A stretch of 64,000 nucleotides of DNA from Octopus vulgaris (taxonomy: Eukaryota), in the NCBI GenBank assembly GCA_951406725.2, contig OX597826.1:30318001-30382000 (forward strand), in the 5' to 3' direction. Position numbers and translations under genes: made by a program. Below are positions 43,980 through 58,224 of the stretch, piece after piece; within the stretch, counting starts at the first letter, position 1, and every line of letters begins with the position of its first letter. The notes under the pieces were generated by a model. The model worked only from the letters and a program-made list of their open reading frames with translations. It searched no databases and was not told the origin of the DNA.

Positions 43980-44440
43980 TCATTTAACGTCCCTTGTCCA
44001 TGCAGGCATGGGTTTGACAGTTGACCAGGGCTGGCAAGCTAGAAGATTGCACCAGACTGCAGTCTGATTTAGCATGCTTTCTACGGCTGGATGCCCGTCC
44101 TAACGCCAATCACTCCGAGAGTGTAATGGGTGCCATTTGCGGGACACGAGTATCTGTCACAACTGCGATTTTATTTGGCGCGATGGGTCTTCTTCTCAAG
44201 CACGACACAATGCCAAATGTTTCGTTCATTCGTTATTGCTTAACATGCGCCAGGAACTTTTCACGTGTCACCGGCATTGGCCACTTTGCCCCCGTGAGGC
44301 CCGATGCCCGAATGGTGCTTTTTACATGCCACCGGTATTGGATCATAGTTAAGTGACACTGGCATTGGCCACGACCACGATCTACAATTATACTTGGTTT
44401 GGCGGATCTTCTGAAGTTTCACTTCGCTTGACGGTTCGAG
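43980..44440 (-). mobile_element. Retroposon with RTE-type 3' tail
   Basis: tttctacggctggatgcccgtcctaacgccaa and catttaacgtcc...ccatg; trinucleotide tail is the (CAG)n tract at 43899-43980. Confidence 0.7.
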
Positions 44441-44637
44441 GTATATATATATATATATATATATGCGTGTGTGTGTGTATGGGTGTTTATATATATGTAT
44501 GGATATATAAGTATGTATATATATGAATATATATATATATATTTATATATAAATACATATATAAATATGTATATGTATATATGTATATATATGTATGTAT
44601 ATATGTATATGTATATATGTATATATATATGTACGTA

Positions 44638-44704
<67 letters not shown>

Positions 44705-44739
44705 TCTATTTATTTTAAGGACACAATACATATCTATAA

Positions 44740-44793
44740 GTGCTACAAATAGTTCGTACGTTGAGAAATACCTCAAACATAATCATCAGGCAC
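44740..44793 (-). ncRNA. Degenerate type I hammerhead motif
   Basis: Minus: gtgc CTGATGA ttatgtttgag..ctcaacgtac GAAC tattt GTA gcac. Perfect 4-bp stem I; GAAA changed to GAAC. Confidence 0.55.
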
Positions 44794-46473
44794 AAACCAC
44801 ATATCATAACGAACTAAGTTATAAATATATATATTATATACATCTGTGTATGTATAGGTATGCACGGATGCATAATAGCCCATTTGATATAAATATATAT
44901 TTTTTGTCTACGAATTTCGCTGCGTACAGGAGAATATATGTGTGGCACACACATACACGCACTACAAACACGCACACACATACATACATACATACATACA
45001 TACATACATACATACATACATACATACATACATACATACATACATACGTACGTACGTACGTACGTACGTACGTACATACGTACATATAGACTTAGGTAGA
45101 TTCATAGGTATAGACAAACCCTTTTATGTAATTGTATATGTGTGTATGTGTATATTTTTAGTTCTTTTGAATCTGTTTATGAGCAGAAGCGTGCACATGT
45201 ATGTGTGTGTTTGTGTGTGTGTATGTGTGTGAAAAATCACACAGACATACACACACACATTCACACGAACTAAAAAGACATACACATACAGAAATATATG
45301 CATACATCCTTAACTACATATGTACATACAGATGCCATTTTTATGTATGTGTTTATATATGTACCTCGCCATTTGTTTGCATATGTACGTGTCAACGCGT
45401 AGAACATAAACAGACTAGAACCAATAGAGCCATAAACGCATACACATATACATGTATATACACATACATAAATACTCACATTGGTACGCATATACATATG
45501 CCTATCGATATATATGTACATGTAGTTTTATGTATGCGTGTATGTGTTTGTTTGTGCGCCTATGTGTTCGTTCATAGCTACATACATACTAACGTTTTCA
45601 TGTATGTGTTTATGCGTTCATGTAACTATTTGTTTGTGTATATATTTGCCTAAGCGCACAAGCACATCTCTATGTGTGTGCGTGTTTATTTCTACGTGTG
45701 TATGTTTGCATGTTTGTATGATCAGTTCTTGACATTTCATTGTTGAGAGAGCAGCCATGTTGCCCTTCTGGTGAGTGCAATGAGAGCTCTTCTGTGTAAA
45801 GAGGTATATTTGCCTTGTCAGAAGTTGTTTACTGAAAAGTGCTTACGTGCAAAGCTTAGAATATCAATAAAGCAACGTGTGTCTTTGGAAAGAAACGTAA
45901 TGGCGAGCGGTTGGCTGGTTGGCTGGCTGTCTGCCTGGCTGGTTGGCTGGCTGGCTGGCTGGTGAAGTTATGGATCAGTATATATGTTCTCTATCTTTAT
46001 TTTATTTATTTATTAACTTTGGTGCGTGTATTATTTATAAATACCAAGAATATAATTCTTAAGAGCAATTCTTTTGTTTGTAGTGGAATTTGTATGTTAG
46101 CGAGGACATATATAACAAGAGTTGCTTTATCTTGATCAACTAAACTGTATTCATTCGCGAGTTTATCTTATTAATCTATAAAAATAAGTGTACTTCTTTT
46201 TTCTTTTATTTTCCTCTTCTCTTCTACCAACCTTTCTCACTTTCCGTTTTGTTCATTTTATTTGTATTATAAGAAAGAATTTGTAGTGGCAGAGTTATTA
46301 GTGTCAAACAAAGTGCCTCGCATCTAATCATCATCTTCATAACAACAACAACAACAACAACAACAACGACAACAATAATAATAATAATAATGATAATAAT
46401 AATGATGATAATAATAATATTCTCTATTAGCCAATAATAATAATGATAATGATGATGACGACGACAACGATGC

Positions 46474-46514
<41 letters not shown>

Positions 46515-46525
46515 ATGATGACGAA

Positions 46526-46604
<79 letters not shown>

Positions 46605-46605
46605 T

Positions 46606-47517
46606 ATGGTTTCCTGTCATTATAACTTTATTTCAGCAGCCTTAGTACCAGGCATCCTCCGGTTCCCAAGAGTAACAACGGCACTTTTTGTTATGTTATG
46701 CGTGCTAAAATTATCACCACATTTCTTCCATTTTAGATGGAGAGTGCTTTCCGTAGTGTATGGGGTGTACCCATCGAGGCTATCTTTTGTAGTTCACGGA
46801 GATTGGAGTCACCAGGGAATTGCTTAATATATTTCTCAGCTCTCTTCTTTATCATTCCAAGCGCACCAGTTACTACTAGTATTATCGTAATATAAAGCTT
46901 CCACATTTTTGTGATTTCAATTTACAGATCTTTATAGTGAGAACGCTCTTTGTATTCCTTTCTTGAGACATTTTGATCTTGTGGGACAGACATATCTATT
47001 AACAGGCAAGTTCCTCTGATGAAGTCCTTGATCACAATGTCTGGTCGACTGGAATACATTTTTTCTGTCTGTTTGTATTTACTACATCCTCTGTATGGTG
47101 CCAGTACCACTTATCATGGGATTTAGTTTTGTAGTGTTTACAAGCATTCCAGTGGATGTGCTGCTCTAGTCTATCATGTCTTATGAGGTATCCCTTTTCA
47201 GCGAGAACTGGTCAGCCAGAAACAACATGATCACTTGTCTCTGTGAATTTTCCGCAAATTCTGGAAGAGGGTCTTTAAGGACGTTTGCATGGTAGTTTCT
47301 GGTATGTAAACTCTGATCTTGCGCTGCAATAACAAAATCTGTTTCCACTGTCAGACTTGTCCCTTGTAGCCATTGGTGAGTTAGATTTTGATCAAGATCT
47401 GGCTTGGACAGGCGATTTGGGGATTTTCCATGAAAGATTTTACCTTCCCAGTTTTCTTCGATACTATTCATGCAAGCATTCTGTGCATTTTGTTTGATGT
47501 TTTTGCATCAGTGATAG

Positions 47518-47519
<2 letters not shown>
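46606..47519 (-). mobile_element. Decayed R4/Dong-like RLE LINE 3' end
   Basis: WEGKIFHG...VIAAQDQSLHTRNYHANVL and RPDIVIKDFIRGTCLLIDMSVPQD...YKDL, frameshifted; (ATT)n on both sides. Confidence 0.9.
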
Positions 47520-47583
<64 letters not shown>

Positions 47584-47619
47584 AGTAATAATAATGATGA
47601 TGATGATAATAATAACAAC

Positions 47620-47732
<113 letters not shown>

Positions 47733-47935
47733 GGCGAGCTGGTAGAATCGTTAGCGCGCCGGGTTAAATGCATTTTATCCGTCTTTAAACGTTCTGAGTT
47801 CAAATTCTGCCGTGACCGACTTTGCCTTTCATCCTTTCAGGGACGATAAAATAAGTACCACTTGAGCAATGGGGTCGATATAATCGACTACCCCCTTCCC
47901 TGAAATTGCTGGGTTTGTGCCAGAAGTTGAAATCG
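47733..47935 (+). mobile_element. SINE family B
   Basis: ggcgagctggtagaatcgttagc...ctttgcctttcatcctttc, directly after (AAT)n. Confidence 0.9.
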
Positions 47936-48019
47936 TTATTATTAATTTTATTCCCGTTCCTTAGATTTTGAGTTGAGATGAAAACCTATCGATAACGACT
48001 TTGTCGTTCATCTTTTCGG

Positions 48020-48110
48020 GAAGAAGCCCAGATAGCTAAAGACAGGACGAGTTGGAGGTGCCTGGTGATCCAAGAAGTTCAGACAGCCAATGAGGAACTT
48101 GGATAACGAA
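48020..48110 (+). pseudogene. Possible RTE-like ORF terminus
   Basis: AQIAKDRTSWRCLV resembles the A-x-DR-xx-WR terminal motif; very short. Confidence 0.35.
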
Positions 48111-48464
48111 AGAGGGGGTTGAATTGCAATGAGAGTGTCCTGATACCCAAGCAAGAGCTCGGACAGTCAATAAGTGTCCCGAATATTGAAAGAGGGGTCC
48201 GTAAATAATGTATGACGGGATTTTCCTTAAAAAGACAAAACAAACAACAACAAAAAACCTGCCCCACCAACACCATCGTTGGGATCCCGGATGAAGTTTG
48301 GTCTTGCCTAGCAAAATGTAGTACGGGAGATTCATACAGATATTCTTGACTGAATCCATCAGAAAGACCTCGAACAAACAAACAAATAGTGATTCACCAA
48401 CCGCCAGCAACCTCTCATTCACAAATGCGCAGTTTCCTCCTTCTCTCTCACTCTTCCATTTTTT

Positions 48465-48740
48465 AATTATTTTACTTGTTTCATTTATTGAATTGTGGCC
48501 ATACTGGGGCATCGTCTTGAAGAGTACAGTCATATAAATCGACTCGAATACTTATATTTTAAATCTATTTATTCTACCATTTTTTGGGTTTTTTTTTGCT
48601 GAGTCACCATTGAATAATACATAAACAAACTAATTCCAGTTCAGAAGCGGCGAGGTGACAAACGTAATCCATCCATCGATATGTGTATGTGTGTGTGCAC
48701 GCGTGTACATATTCACACTTCTGCACAGTTACCGTAAACC
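48465..48740 (-). mobile_element. SINE family A, old copy
   Basis: ttttacttgtttca...tgtggccatactggggcatcgtcttgaag. Confidence 0.65.
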
Positions 48741-48859
48741 AAATTCAATCCCAAATCACTGTGCATATTATGCCGTTACATCAACGACCTCTTCTCTAAA
48801 CTTGCTCACGTGAATGTTGTTTTCACTCAAGTGTTTCCGACTGACATACACATCTCGTG

Positions 48860-48962
48860 ACCCGGAAAGGATGAAAGGCAACTTCACTCTCGGGTGAATT
48901 TGAACTCAAAAACTAAAGAACTAGTTGTCCGGCGTTGTAACTATTCTGCCAGCTCGCCGCCT
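48860..48962 (-). mobile_element. SINE family B, 5' part
   Basis: gacccggaaaggatgaaaggcaa...attctgccagctcgccgcc. Confidence 0.8.
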
Positions 48963-49434
48963 TAATCTAATATATAAAATTGCTTTTTTTATTTGTCTGC
49001 TTGTTCCCAATGCACACAAAAACCTGTAAACCAATCATGTTCATACTTGGCATGAAACATCCTTAGACTCAGATATAGGTTGTCCTCAAATTTCGACCTA
49101 TGTTCTTTTAAGGGACGGGAGATAGTTCTCATTTTCAACGTAGTATTGGTTGTTTACGAAAAATAAATGGAAGTTAATGCAGTATATGTGTGTGACGTGC
49201 TGTTGTTAGTGTGTTAGCGGGTGAGTTCACCCCTTTCTCTCTCGTGTATTATGTATCAGAACGCTGTAGTAATGGTTGTCAAGTAGAAATATTCTAATTA
49301 AAGAGAAACGTTTCTAAGCTTATTACGATATAAGAGTGAAAGGCTTTTCAACTATTTACGAAATGTTCACCGATTCCAAAATATACATCAGAATATATGG
49401 TGGGGGTGGGTTGAATAATTTTCTTTGAAACCTA

Positions 49435-49472
<38 letters not shown>

Positions 49473-49643
49473 TACATATGCAGACACACGTGATATATAT
49501 AATATATACACAAACACATATGTATGATATAATACATGTGTTTATGTATATTCGGCATAGATATTACCCGTATCAGTTCAATCTAAAATTCCTGTTGTGG
49601 CAAAGTCAACGCCTCACACTAAAAAGAGAATGTCGAGCCTAAC

Positions 49644-49701
<58 letters not shown>

Positions 49702-50225
49702 ATAAATGTGTGCATACAATTATATATATATACATATATGTAAGTATGTATGTATGTATGTATGTATGTATGTATGTATGTATGTATGTATGTATGTATG
49801 CATATCTATATAAAATATATATGTATGTGTGTGTATGTGTATGTATGTATTTATAACAGTCATTTGGAACGCACAAAATGGCGCCAATCTCACCCTGAAT
49901 ATACAAAAAATAACGATAACATAAAGAGCAGCAATTTGTTTGTGTGACCTAGGGATAAAATTCTTCAAAGACACTCTTAAAATAACACCGATTCTAACTG
50001 AAAATATACAAAAATGTGCACTGTGCATGAATGAAAGGCTAAAATAATAATTTATATTCATAAAATATACATTATTATATAAACTAAAGATGTGGGTGTA
50101 AACAAGACAGTCTTATCAGAATGTCCGGGAAAGCGATGTTCTGAAGCCCTTACATACACAAACTTAGCATATATATATTGGCATGAGCATTAGCTAGAAT
50201 TTAGAAAGCGCCCTCCCAGTCTACA

Positions 50226-50263
<38 letters not shown>

Positions 50264-50264
50264 A

Positions 50265-50632
<368 letters not shown>

Positions 50633-50679
50633 AACTTACTTGGAAGACCATGCGTGGCGATCACTCATATAATAATATA

Positions 50680-50728
<49 letters not shown>

Positions 50729-50780
50729 TATATACATACGTATATGTATATACTTCCATCTATACGTATATATATATATA

Positions 50781-51212
<432 letters not shown>

Positions 51213-52104
51213 AGATAGCTAGATAGATAAGGATGGAGAGATAGATAGATAGATAGATTAATTGGATAGATGCCAGATGTAGAAGAAGGTGTCAAGCTTT
51301 ATATCCAGTGTCGATTTTATTTGTTTAGAGTATATGTTGAAGATATTAATGTAGTTGCTGACGAGCAAAATATACGATCTTTGAAACACAGTTGATTGCT
51401 AATTCATTCACTCCATTGGAAAAGCAGGAACGTGATGATTTCTAATTTCGTAGGAAACATTTTTCTCACAACGAAGCCAATAGTATCTTTCAGTTTTGAT
51501 TGATAGCTTCCATCACAAGAGGTCACTGATCTGAATCTATTTATTGCAAAAGTGTGTGAGATATAATAAATATTTATTGATATACGACAGTAAAATTCAA
51601 CTTAGGACACCAGAAGATTCGCTGAATATGGCAAGATAAAGCAATTACCGCACCATAAATTATATTAGTGAAAACAGCAGGATGTGTCTTGAGAGAACCA
51701 AATAGAAACTTTATGAAACAAAGTATATTTCCTAATTGGGAAAGCTCGATAGGTTATCATGTTGATGAACACTCTAGGAACAATATATCAATTATAGGAT
51801 TCTTGGATAAATCTAATCAACAAGATTGCAGAAGACTGATTGGACGGCCGTAAGATTTGATTTAAAAAAGTGAAATGTTAATTTAAGACAACAAAGTGTT
51901 AATTAAAAACCAAAAACTTGACTGAAACTTAATTTCTATTGTTTTTCCTTAGTTCCAGGTACTACGTAATTGAAGAAAATTTATTCTCAAAAGCTTTCCA
52001 GTCATGACTCTCATGCCTGTCTATCAAATGCAATGCATCAGCGACTAAAAGCTAAGCAAAAACTTCTTGCTTCTCATTTAAAAGGATAGCGTGAATTTGT
52101 TACC

Positions 52105-52507
52105 TTTTTATCTTTTACTTGTTTCAGTCATTTGACGGTGGCCATGCTGGGGCAGCGCCTTGAAGAATTTTTAGCCGAGAATTTTTAGTCTCGGCTAAAT
52201 CACAGTACATTTCTAAGCCTGGTGCTTATTCTATCGATGTCTTTGGCCGAAATTCTAAGTTTCAGGTACAGAAACACACCAACACCGGTTGTGAAGCGGT
52301 TGGGTCAAACACCGGCACAAAGACACACACATATAAATATATGTACGACGTTCTTTCAGTTTATGTCTACCAAATTCATTCGCAAGGCTTTGGTCGGCCC
52401 GAGGCTATAGTAGAAGACACTTGCTCAAGGTGCCACGCTGTGGGACTGAACCCGGAAAACATGTGGTTGGAAAGCAAACTTCTTACCACACAGCCATACC
52501 TTCGCCT
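52105..52507 (-). mobile_element. SINE family A, full length
   Basis: cttttacttgtttcagtcatttgac...ggcccgaggctatagtagaagacacttg...gtgggactgaacccgg. Confidence 0.9.
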
Positions 52508-52861
52508 ATTAGGAAGTATTGTTTTAATAAGTACTAAAAAGACAGCATGCTAAAGGCTTGAACATCTAACACCGTGTGCAACAACGACTACAAAGAAGAG
52601 AAAATGGTGAATATAAAGAAAGGCTATACCTGCAATGAGTCAAAGATGCAAGTATGTTGAGAAAGTGTATGCTAGATTTGCATGTACGCCATTATATATT
52701 GAATTGTAGGTATATAGGTTTGTCACGAGTCCCAAAAGTATCATTAAGTTACCATGGCATTATGCAGCCGAGAGTATAATACTTTCATATGAATGAGACG
52801 CCACTGCACTATAGGGTGAACCTCGAGTTATTCTGATATTTATTTTGTGCATAAGAAAACG

Positions 52862-52950
52862 ATTTAAAGTGCCTTGACAATGATGGACGCAATGGCCTCC
52901 CAGACCGGGAATCGAACCCATGACCTTTTGGTTGGGATCCCAGTTCTCTT
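52862..52950 (-). mobile_element. SINE family C-like head
   Basis: aagtgccttgac...ccgggaatcgaaccc. Confidence 0.5.
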
Positions 52951-53000
52951 AGAGTAATCGAGGCACTTTCTGGCAACGACACAGTGTTATACATTTCTAG

Positions 53001-53395
53001 GTGGCGAGCTGGCAGAAACGTTAGCATGCCGGGTGAGATGCGTAGCGGTATTTCGTCTGCCGTTACGTTCTGGGTTCAAATTCCGCCGAGGTCGACTTTG
53101 TCTTTCATCCTTTCGGAGTCGATAAATTAAGTACCAGTTACACACTGAGGTCGATATAATCAACTTAATCCGTTTGTCTGTCCTTGTTTGTCCTCTCTGT
53201 GTTTAGCCCCTTGTGGGTAGTAAAGAAATAGGTATTTCGTCTGTCTTGACGTTCTGAGTTCAAATTCCACCGAGGTCGACTTTGCCTTTCAACCCTTCGG
53301 GGGTCGATAAATTAAGTACCATCTACGTACTGGGGTCGATCTAATCAACTGGTTCCCTCCCCAGAAATTCCGAACATTGTGCCTAGAGTAGAAAA
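53001..53395 (+). mobile_element. Dimeric SINE family B
   Basis: Head gtggcgagctggcagaaacgttagc. ggtatttcgtctg...gtcgactttg...gtcgataaattaagtacca occurs twice; linker at 53165-53229. Confidence 0.92.
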
Positions 53396-53444
53396 GGAAA
53401 AAAATAGTGTTATACATTTCGGGTAAGTTACAATTTTTTTCAGA

Positions 53445-54009
53445 TCTTGGTACAAGACAAATGATTTTAATAGAAGCGGGTTATTCGAGTACATCAACTC
53501 CAGTACTTGAATGGTGATTTATTTTATCGATCACAAAACGATGAAAAGTAAATGTGATCGTGATAAATTCTGAACTCAGGACGTAAAAAGCCGGAAGGAA
53601 TGCGTTTTTGCCCATCATACTAACAAGTTCGCCAGCTCGCCGCCTTTGGGGAAAAAATTAATAAAATTAAATTAAATTAATAAGAAATTAATTTTACCTA
53701 AGTTCACGATTGGAACTAATTTTATTGACACTAAGAAGATTGTAATGTGAAAACAAAAAATGAAGGGCTGAAGCAACATTCTATAATAGTTCAATTATAT
53801 CAAAGTCAGTACTTGATTGGTACTATATTTTATCATGGCCGAATGGATGCGATGGTGAACTGACTTCGGGGAGATTTGAACGAAGAGTGTAAACACTATC
53901 GCCAGGAATTTTGTTGACCTCGGCGGAATTTGAACTCAGAACGTAGCGACAGGCGAAATACTGCTAAGCATTTTATCCAGCATCCTAAAAATTCTGCCAG
54001 CTCGCCACC

Positions 54010-54072
<63 letters not shown>

Positions 54073-54225
54073 GCAGTTTCAAATTTTGCCATAAGGGCAG
54101 CAATTTTGGTGGGAGGAAATTTAAGTTGATTACATCAACCCCAGTGTTCAACTGGTTCTTATTTTATCGACCACAAAGGATGAAAGGCAAAGTCGACCTC
54201 GTCAGAATTTGAACTCAGAACGCTA
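53445..54225 (-). mobile_element. Cluster of 3-4 SINE family B copies
   Basis: Repeated atttgaactcagaacg, gccagctcgcc and atgaaaggcaaagtcgacc motifs at ~53445-53645, 53800-54009 and 54075-54225. Confidence 0.8.
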
Positions 54226-54661
54226 AAAACCCGCAATCTGAATGTCTTCTTTCTTCCTTACTAAATTCGAAATTTCGTGACTATTTTCAGTGAAAAATTA
54301 TTGTTAAGAATTCACCACAGGTTTCAAAGTAAATCAAATCAATAACGCTGCTTTTTTTCTTTTTCTTCGTAACTGCATTCCTTATTGGCACCATGGTCCT
54401 CGTTCATTCATTTTGGAGTTCGCTATTAGAAAATAGGAAAAAAAAAACTTTTTTTGACATATCTATTTTGATCCTGTCTTTCATAACTTAAGTAGCTTCG
54501 GTTTTCTATTCTACAGATTCATCGTTTCTTGTGATGCTTATAATGGAAATTTTTCTTTCTTCGGTTGCACATGTTTTGCTTTATATTTTTTTACATCTTT
54601 CTGTGCGTGTATTGTGAGCACGTGTACTCATATACATGTATATATATACACGCACACACAT

Positions 54662-54738
<77 letters not shown>

Positions 54739-54947
54739 CGTACGTGCGTGTGTGTGTGTGTATATTGTGTGTGTGTCTATATATATACATATATACGTTT
54801 GAACGAGAACGTTTGTGTGGAGTATACAAATATCAAACATTTATACATTACATAAGCTCTCACAGACTGATAAATGCCCATGTACCCATATGTACGTAAT
54901 GAGGTATATGTGCATGTATAATTATATATGGATGCATGCGCACACAC

Positions 54948-55034
<87 letters not shown>

Positions 55035-55124
55035 AATGCATATGTATGCATATATGTGTGCGTGTGTTGTCAAATATATATATATATGTATATGTGTATG
55101 TATATATCTATATCTATCTATCTC

Positions 55125-55240
<116 letters not shown>

Positions 55241-55564
55241 CCAAGTTTTCTAAGAATGTTCAACAATAGAACGACAACGACGATCATCCGGTAGGTATTT
55301 AAAAGGTCTCCAGAGGATGTTCTTTCATGTCACTACATTGTGAAAATTGGCCTTAAACAACACACAAACACGCAACGAACTCACACACACACATACACAC
55401 TCACACACAAGCCATTATGGATGTTCAAGTGAAAGAAAGGTACACACACGCTCATATACAATTACATATGCACACTTGCACATTTACACATACACATATA
55501 CATGTAGGTATTACATAAATAATACATAAGAGATACATACATTCATACATACAAACATTTATAC

Positions 55565-55601
<37 letters not shown>

Positions 55602-55659
55602 AATGGGGGGTTTTTACGTTGAATTATAATGAAAACAATTTAATATTTAACGGAAAATT

Positions 55660-55880
55660 AGGCTGAAAGCTTGTAGAATCCATAGAACGCCAGGCAAAAA
55701 ATACTTAGCGGCGTTTCGTCCGTCTTTCCGTTCTGAGTTCAAATTCTGTTGAGGTCGATGTTGCCTTTTATCGCTTCGGGGTCGATTAAATAAGTATCTG
55801 TTACGCACTGAGGTCGATGTAGTCGGCTAACACCCTCCTCCGAAATCGCTGGCCTTGTGCCAAAATGTGAAACCAATATT
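55660..55880 (+). mobile_element. SINE family B
   Basis: cttagcggcgtttcgtccgtc...gttctgagttcaaattc...ctggccttgtgccaaaa. Confidence 0.85.
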
Positions 55881-55980
55881 AAACCGAGGTCTTTCTCAGT
55901 AGTTTTCATTGTTTACATATTCATTATGAGTTTAGAAGACGAGTAATGACTGATTTCCAAGTTTCGGCTTGCAATTCTTT

Positions 55981-56125
55981 GTGAAAGAGCAGGGTATGCC
56001 ATCAAAGTGACACTGGGTTAAAATACACAAAATCCAGTATACCCTTCATGACTAACCATCTGATAAGGGTACACTAAGCACATGCATCACAGCTATATGT
56101 GTGCGACATGGTGATGTCATATCAC
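55981..56125 (-). mobile_element. Family E fragment
   Basis: gtgaaagagcagggtatgccatcaaagtgacactg is identical to the start of the 59408 copy. Confidence 0.8.
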
Positions 56126-56152
56126 TGTCTTCATATATATATATATATATAT

Positions 56153-56300
56153 CGTGGCTGTGTGGTAAGTAGCTTACTTCTCAACCACATGATACCGGGT
56201 TCTATCCCGCTGCGTAGCACCTTGGACAAGTGTCTTCTAATATAACCTCGTGCCGACCAAAGCCCTGTCAGTGGATATGGTAGACAGAAACTGAAAAAAG
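56153..56300 (+). mobile_element. SINE family A, 5' half (split by the 56369 transposon)
   Basis: gtggctgtgtggtaagtagctt...gtagacagaaactgaaa. Confidence 0.85.
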
Positions 56301-56310
56301 ACAGAAACCC

Positions 56311-56368
<58 letters not shown>

Positions 56369-56371
<3 letters not shown>

Positions 56372-57527
56372 GGTACGTAAGATATTTCAGGAAAGATTTA
56401 TGTTTACAAAAAAAAATATATATCAGATAACTTTATTTATCAAATAATACTATAAGGAAGAAAATAAACCTTCTTTTCTATAATGTTATTCTTTTCAATA
56501 AAGCCACCTTCAGCTCTAACAACTGCTTCTATATGAGATCTAAGTCAGCTACGTGCTCGAATCAAGTGGTTCTGGTTCATTTTGGACAAAGTATCTGTGG
56601 TGTTATGGGCGTGTTCATTGACCCCTCTCTCAACAGTTCTCCACATGTAATAGTCCAATGGATTGATATCTTGGAAATTAAGAGGCCAAATGTTAGGGAT
56701 TATGTGATCATGAAATTTTTCAGCCATCCATTCCTGTGTTAGTAGAGCCATGTGTGATAGTACAGAGTCTTACTGAAACACATATGACCTTCAATTGCAT
56801 ACACTCTCTATCCAGGGCTTAACAATTATTTCCAGGACCTCAACGTAGGCGTCAGAGTTAACTCTAGGGCCTTATGGAAAGAAGTAAGGAGGTATCACAT
56901 GTATTTCATTGCTGATAATCCCTAAAACCAGGACAGTTTAAGGAAAGTTTGTATGCATAACCTTTGGCACTTTAGAAGAGTCCGTACATAACCATCTGTC
57001 ATTTCTGTAAACATTCTGTAAACTTAGTCGAAGTTTTTCTTGTTTAAGAAAAACTAAATCAAATCTTCTGCTGGATTTTTCAGTTTATTTAATAGCTTTT
57101 AGATGTGATGTATTGATTTTCTCCTGCTTTTACTGACAAATTGAGATTTCCACATCTTATAAGATTTATATCTGATGTCTTCGTGGACGACATTTCTGAC
57201 TGTTCCTTCTGACACATGGAAATCTTTTGCAGTTCACCTCATAGGATTGTAATCAATGTCTTTTGAACTTGCTGGATAAATTCAGGTGTTCTGATGAGTT
57301 CAGAGCGTTTAGAATGCTTCTTATGCTTTGATACTGGTGATACGTTTCCAGCTCCTTACAAAATTGTTAGAAAAAAGATCTGGCAACTTTTAAAAATCAG
57401 CATACCTCTTCATTTCTTGATTAAGCTGAGGGTCTGTTTTATTAATTTCTGAAACAAAGATTATAGTGTTAACAGAAAATGCAGCAATGATCTAAAAAAA
57501 ATGTCCTCAAATACCTTACACGCCCTG
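56369..57527 (-). mobile_element. maT/DD37D-like Tc1/mariner element, decayed transposase
   Basis: TA-flanked TIRs cagggtacgtaagatatttcagga and (reverse complement) cagggcgtgtaaggtatttgagga. WPLNFQDINPLDYYMW is homologous to the 62029 element. Confidence 0.88.
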
Positions 57528-57534
57528 TATATAT

Positions 57535-57637
<103 letters not shown>

Positions 57638-57659
57638 GTATGTATGTATATATATCTAT

Positions 57660-57865
57660 GTGTGCGTCTTTGTGATTGTGTCACCCCACCATTGGTTGCC
57701 TACTGATGTTGGTGTGCTTATAAATTAGCGGTTCGACAAAAGACTCCGATAGAATAAGTAGTAGGCTTACAAAGAGCAATTCGGGGAATTCATGTCTTTT
57801 GCTAAAACCCTTTGAGGTGGTGTACAATCATGGCCGCAGTCAAATTACTGAAGCATGCAAAAGAA
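57660..57865 (+). mobile_element. SINE family A, 3' half
   Basis: ttagcggttcgacaaaag...ccgatagaataagta...catggccgcagtcaaattactgaa. Confidence 0.8.
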
Positions 57866-58024
57866 TGTGTGTGTGTGTGTGTGTGTGTTTTTGCGTGCGT
57901 AAACTGTCAACAGTTTAGAGGATGGGAGGAAATATCCTTACAAACGGGAAAAGTTCCCAGCAATCCGCTATGGTGAGCTAAACCCTGTATCTCTGTTATT
58001 CTGACTGAGCTGTCGGTACCTCTC

Positions 58025-58093
<69 letters not shown>

Positions 58094-58099
58094 ACAAGA

Positions 58100-58184
58100 T
58101 AAATAATTTAACCTTTAAAGGTATTTTTTGATATCTGGCCATTGATGAAATTTTTTTCCCGAAATATATTTTATCCCACATTAG
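58100..58184. repeat. (TA)n-bounded fragment of the 14225 element family
   Basis: aatttaacctttaaaggta...ctggccattgat...ttttatcc.acattag matches 14491-14575. Confidence 0.8.
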
Positions 58185-58217
<33 letters not shown>

Positions 58218-58224
58218 TTATTTT

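Noticed and set aside
43816-44067. Poly-Gln / poly-Ala ORFs
   Set aside because: The (CAG)n tract is the tail of the adjacent minus-strand retroposon.
51590-51855. Possible old CR1/L2 fragments (also ~2640-2860) and an RTE-like remnant (~8780-8900)
   Set aside because: Too decayed to show diagnostic motifs by eye; needs a profile search.
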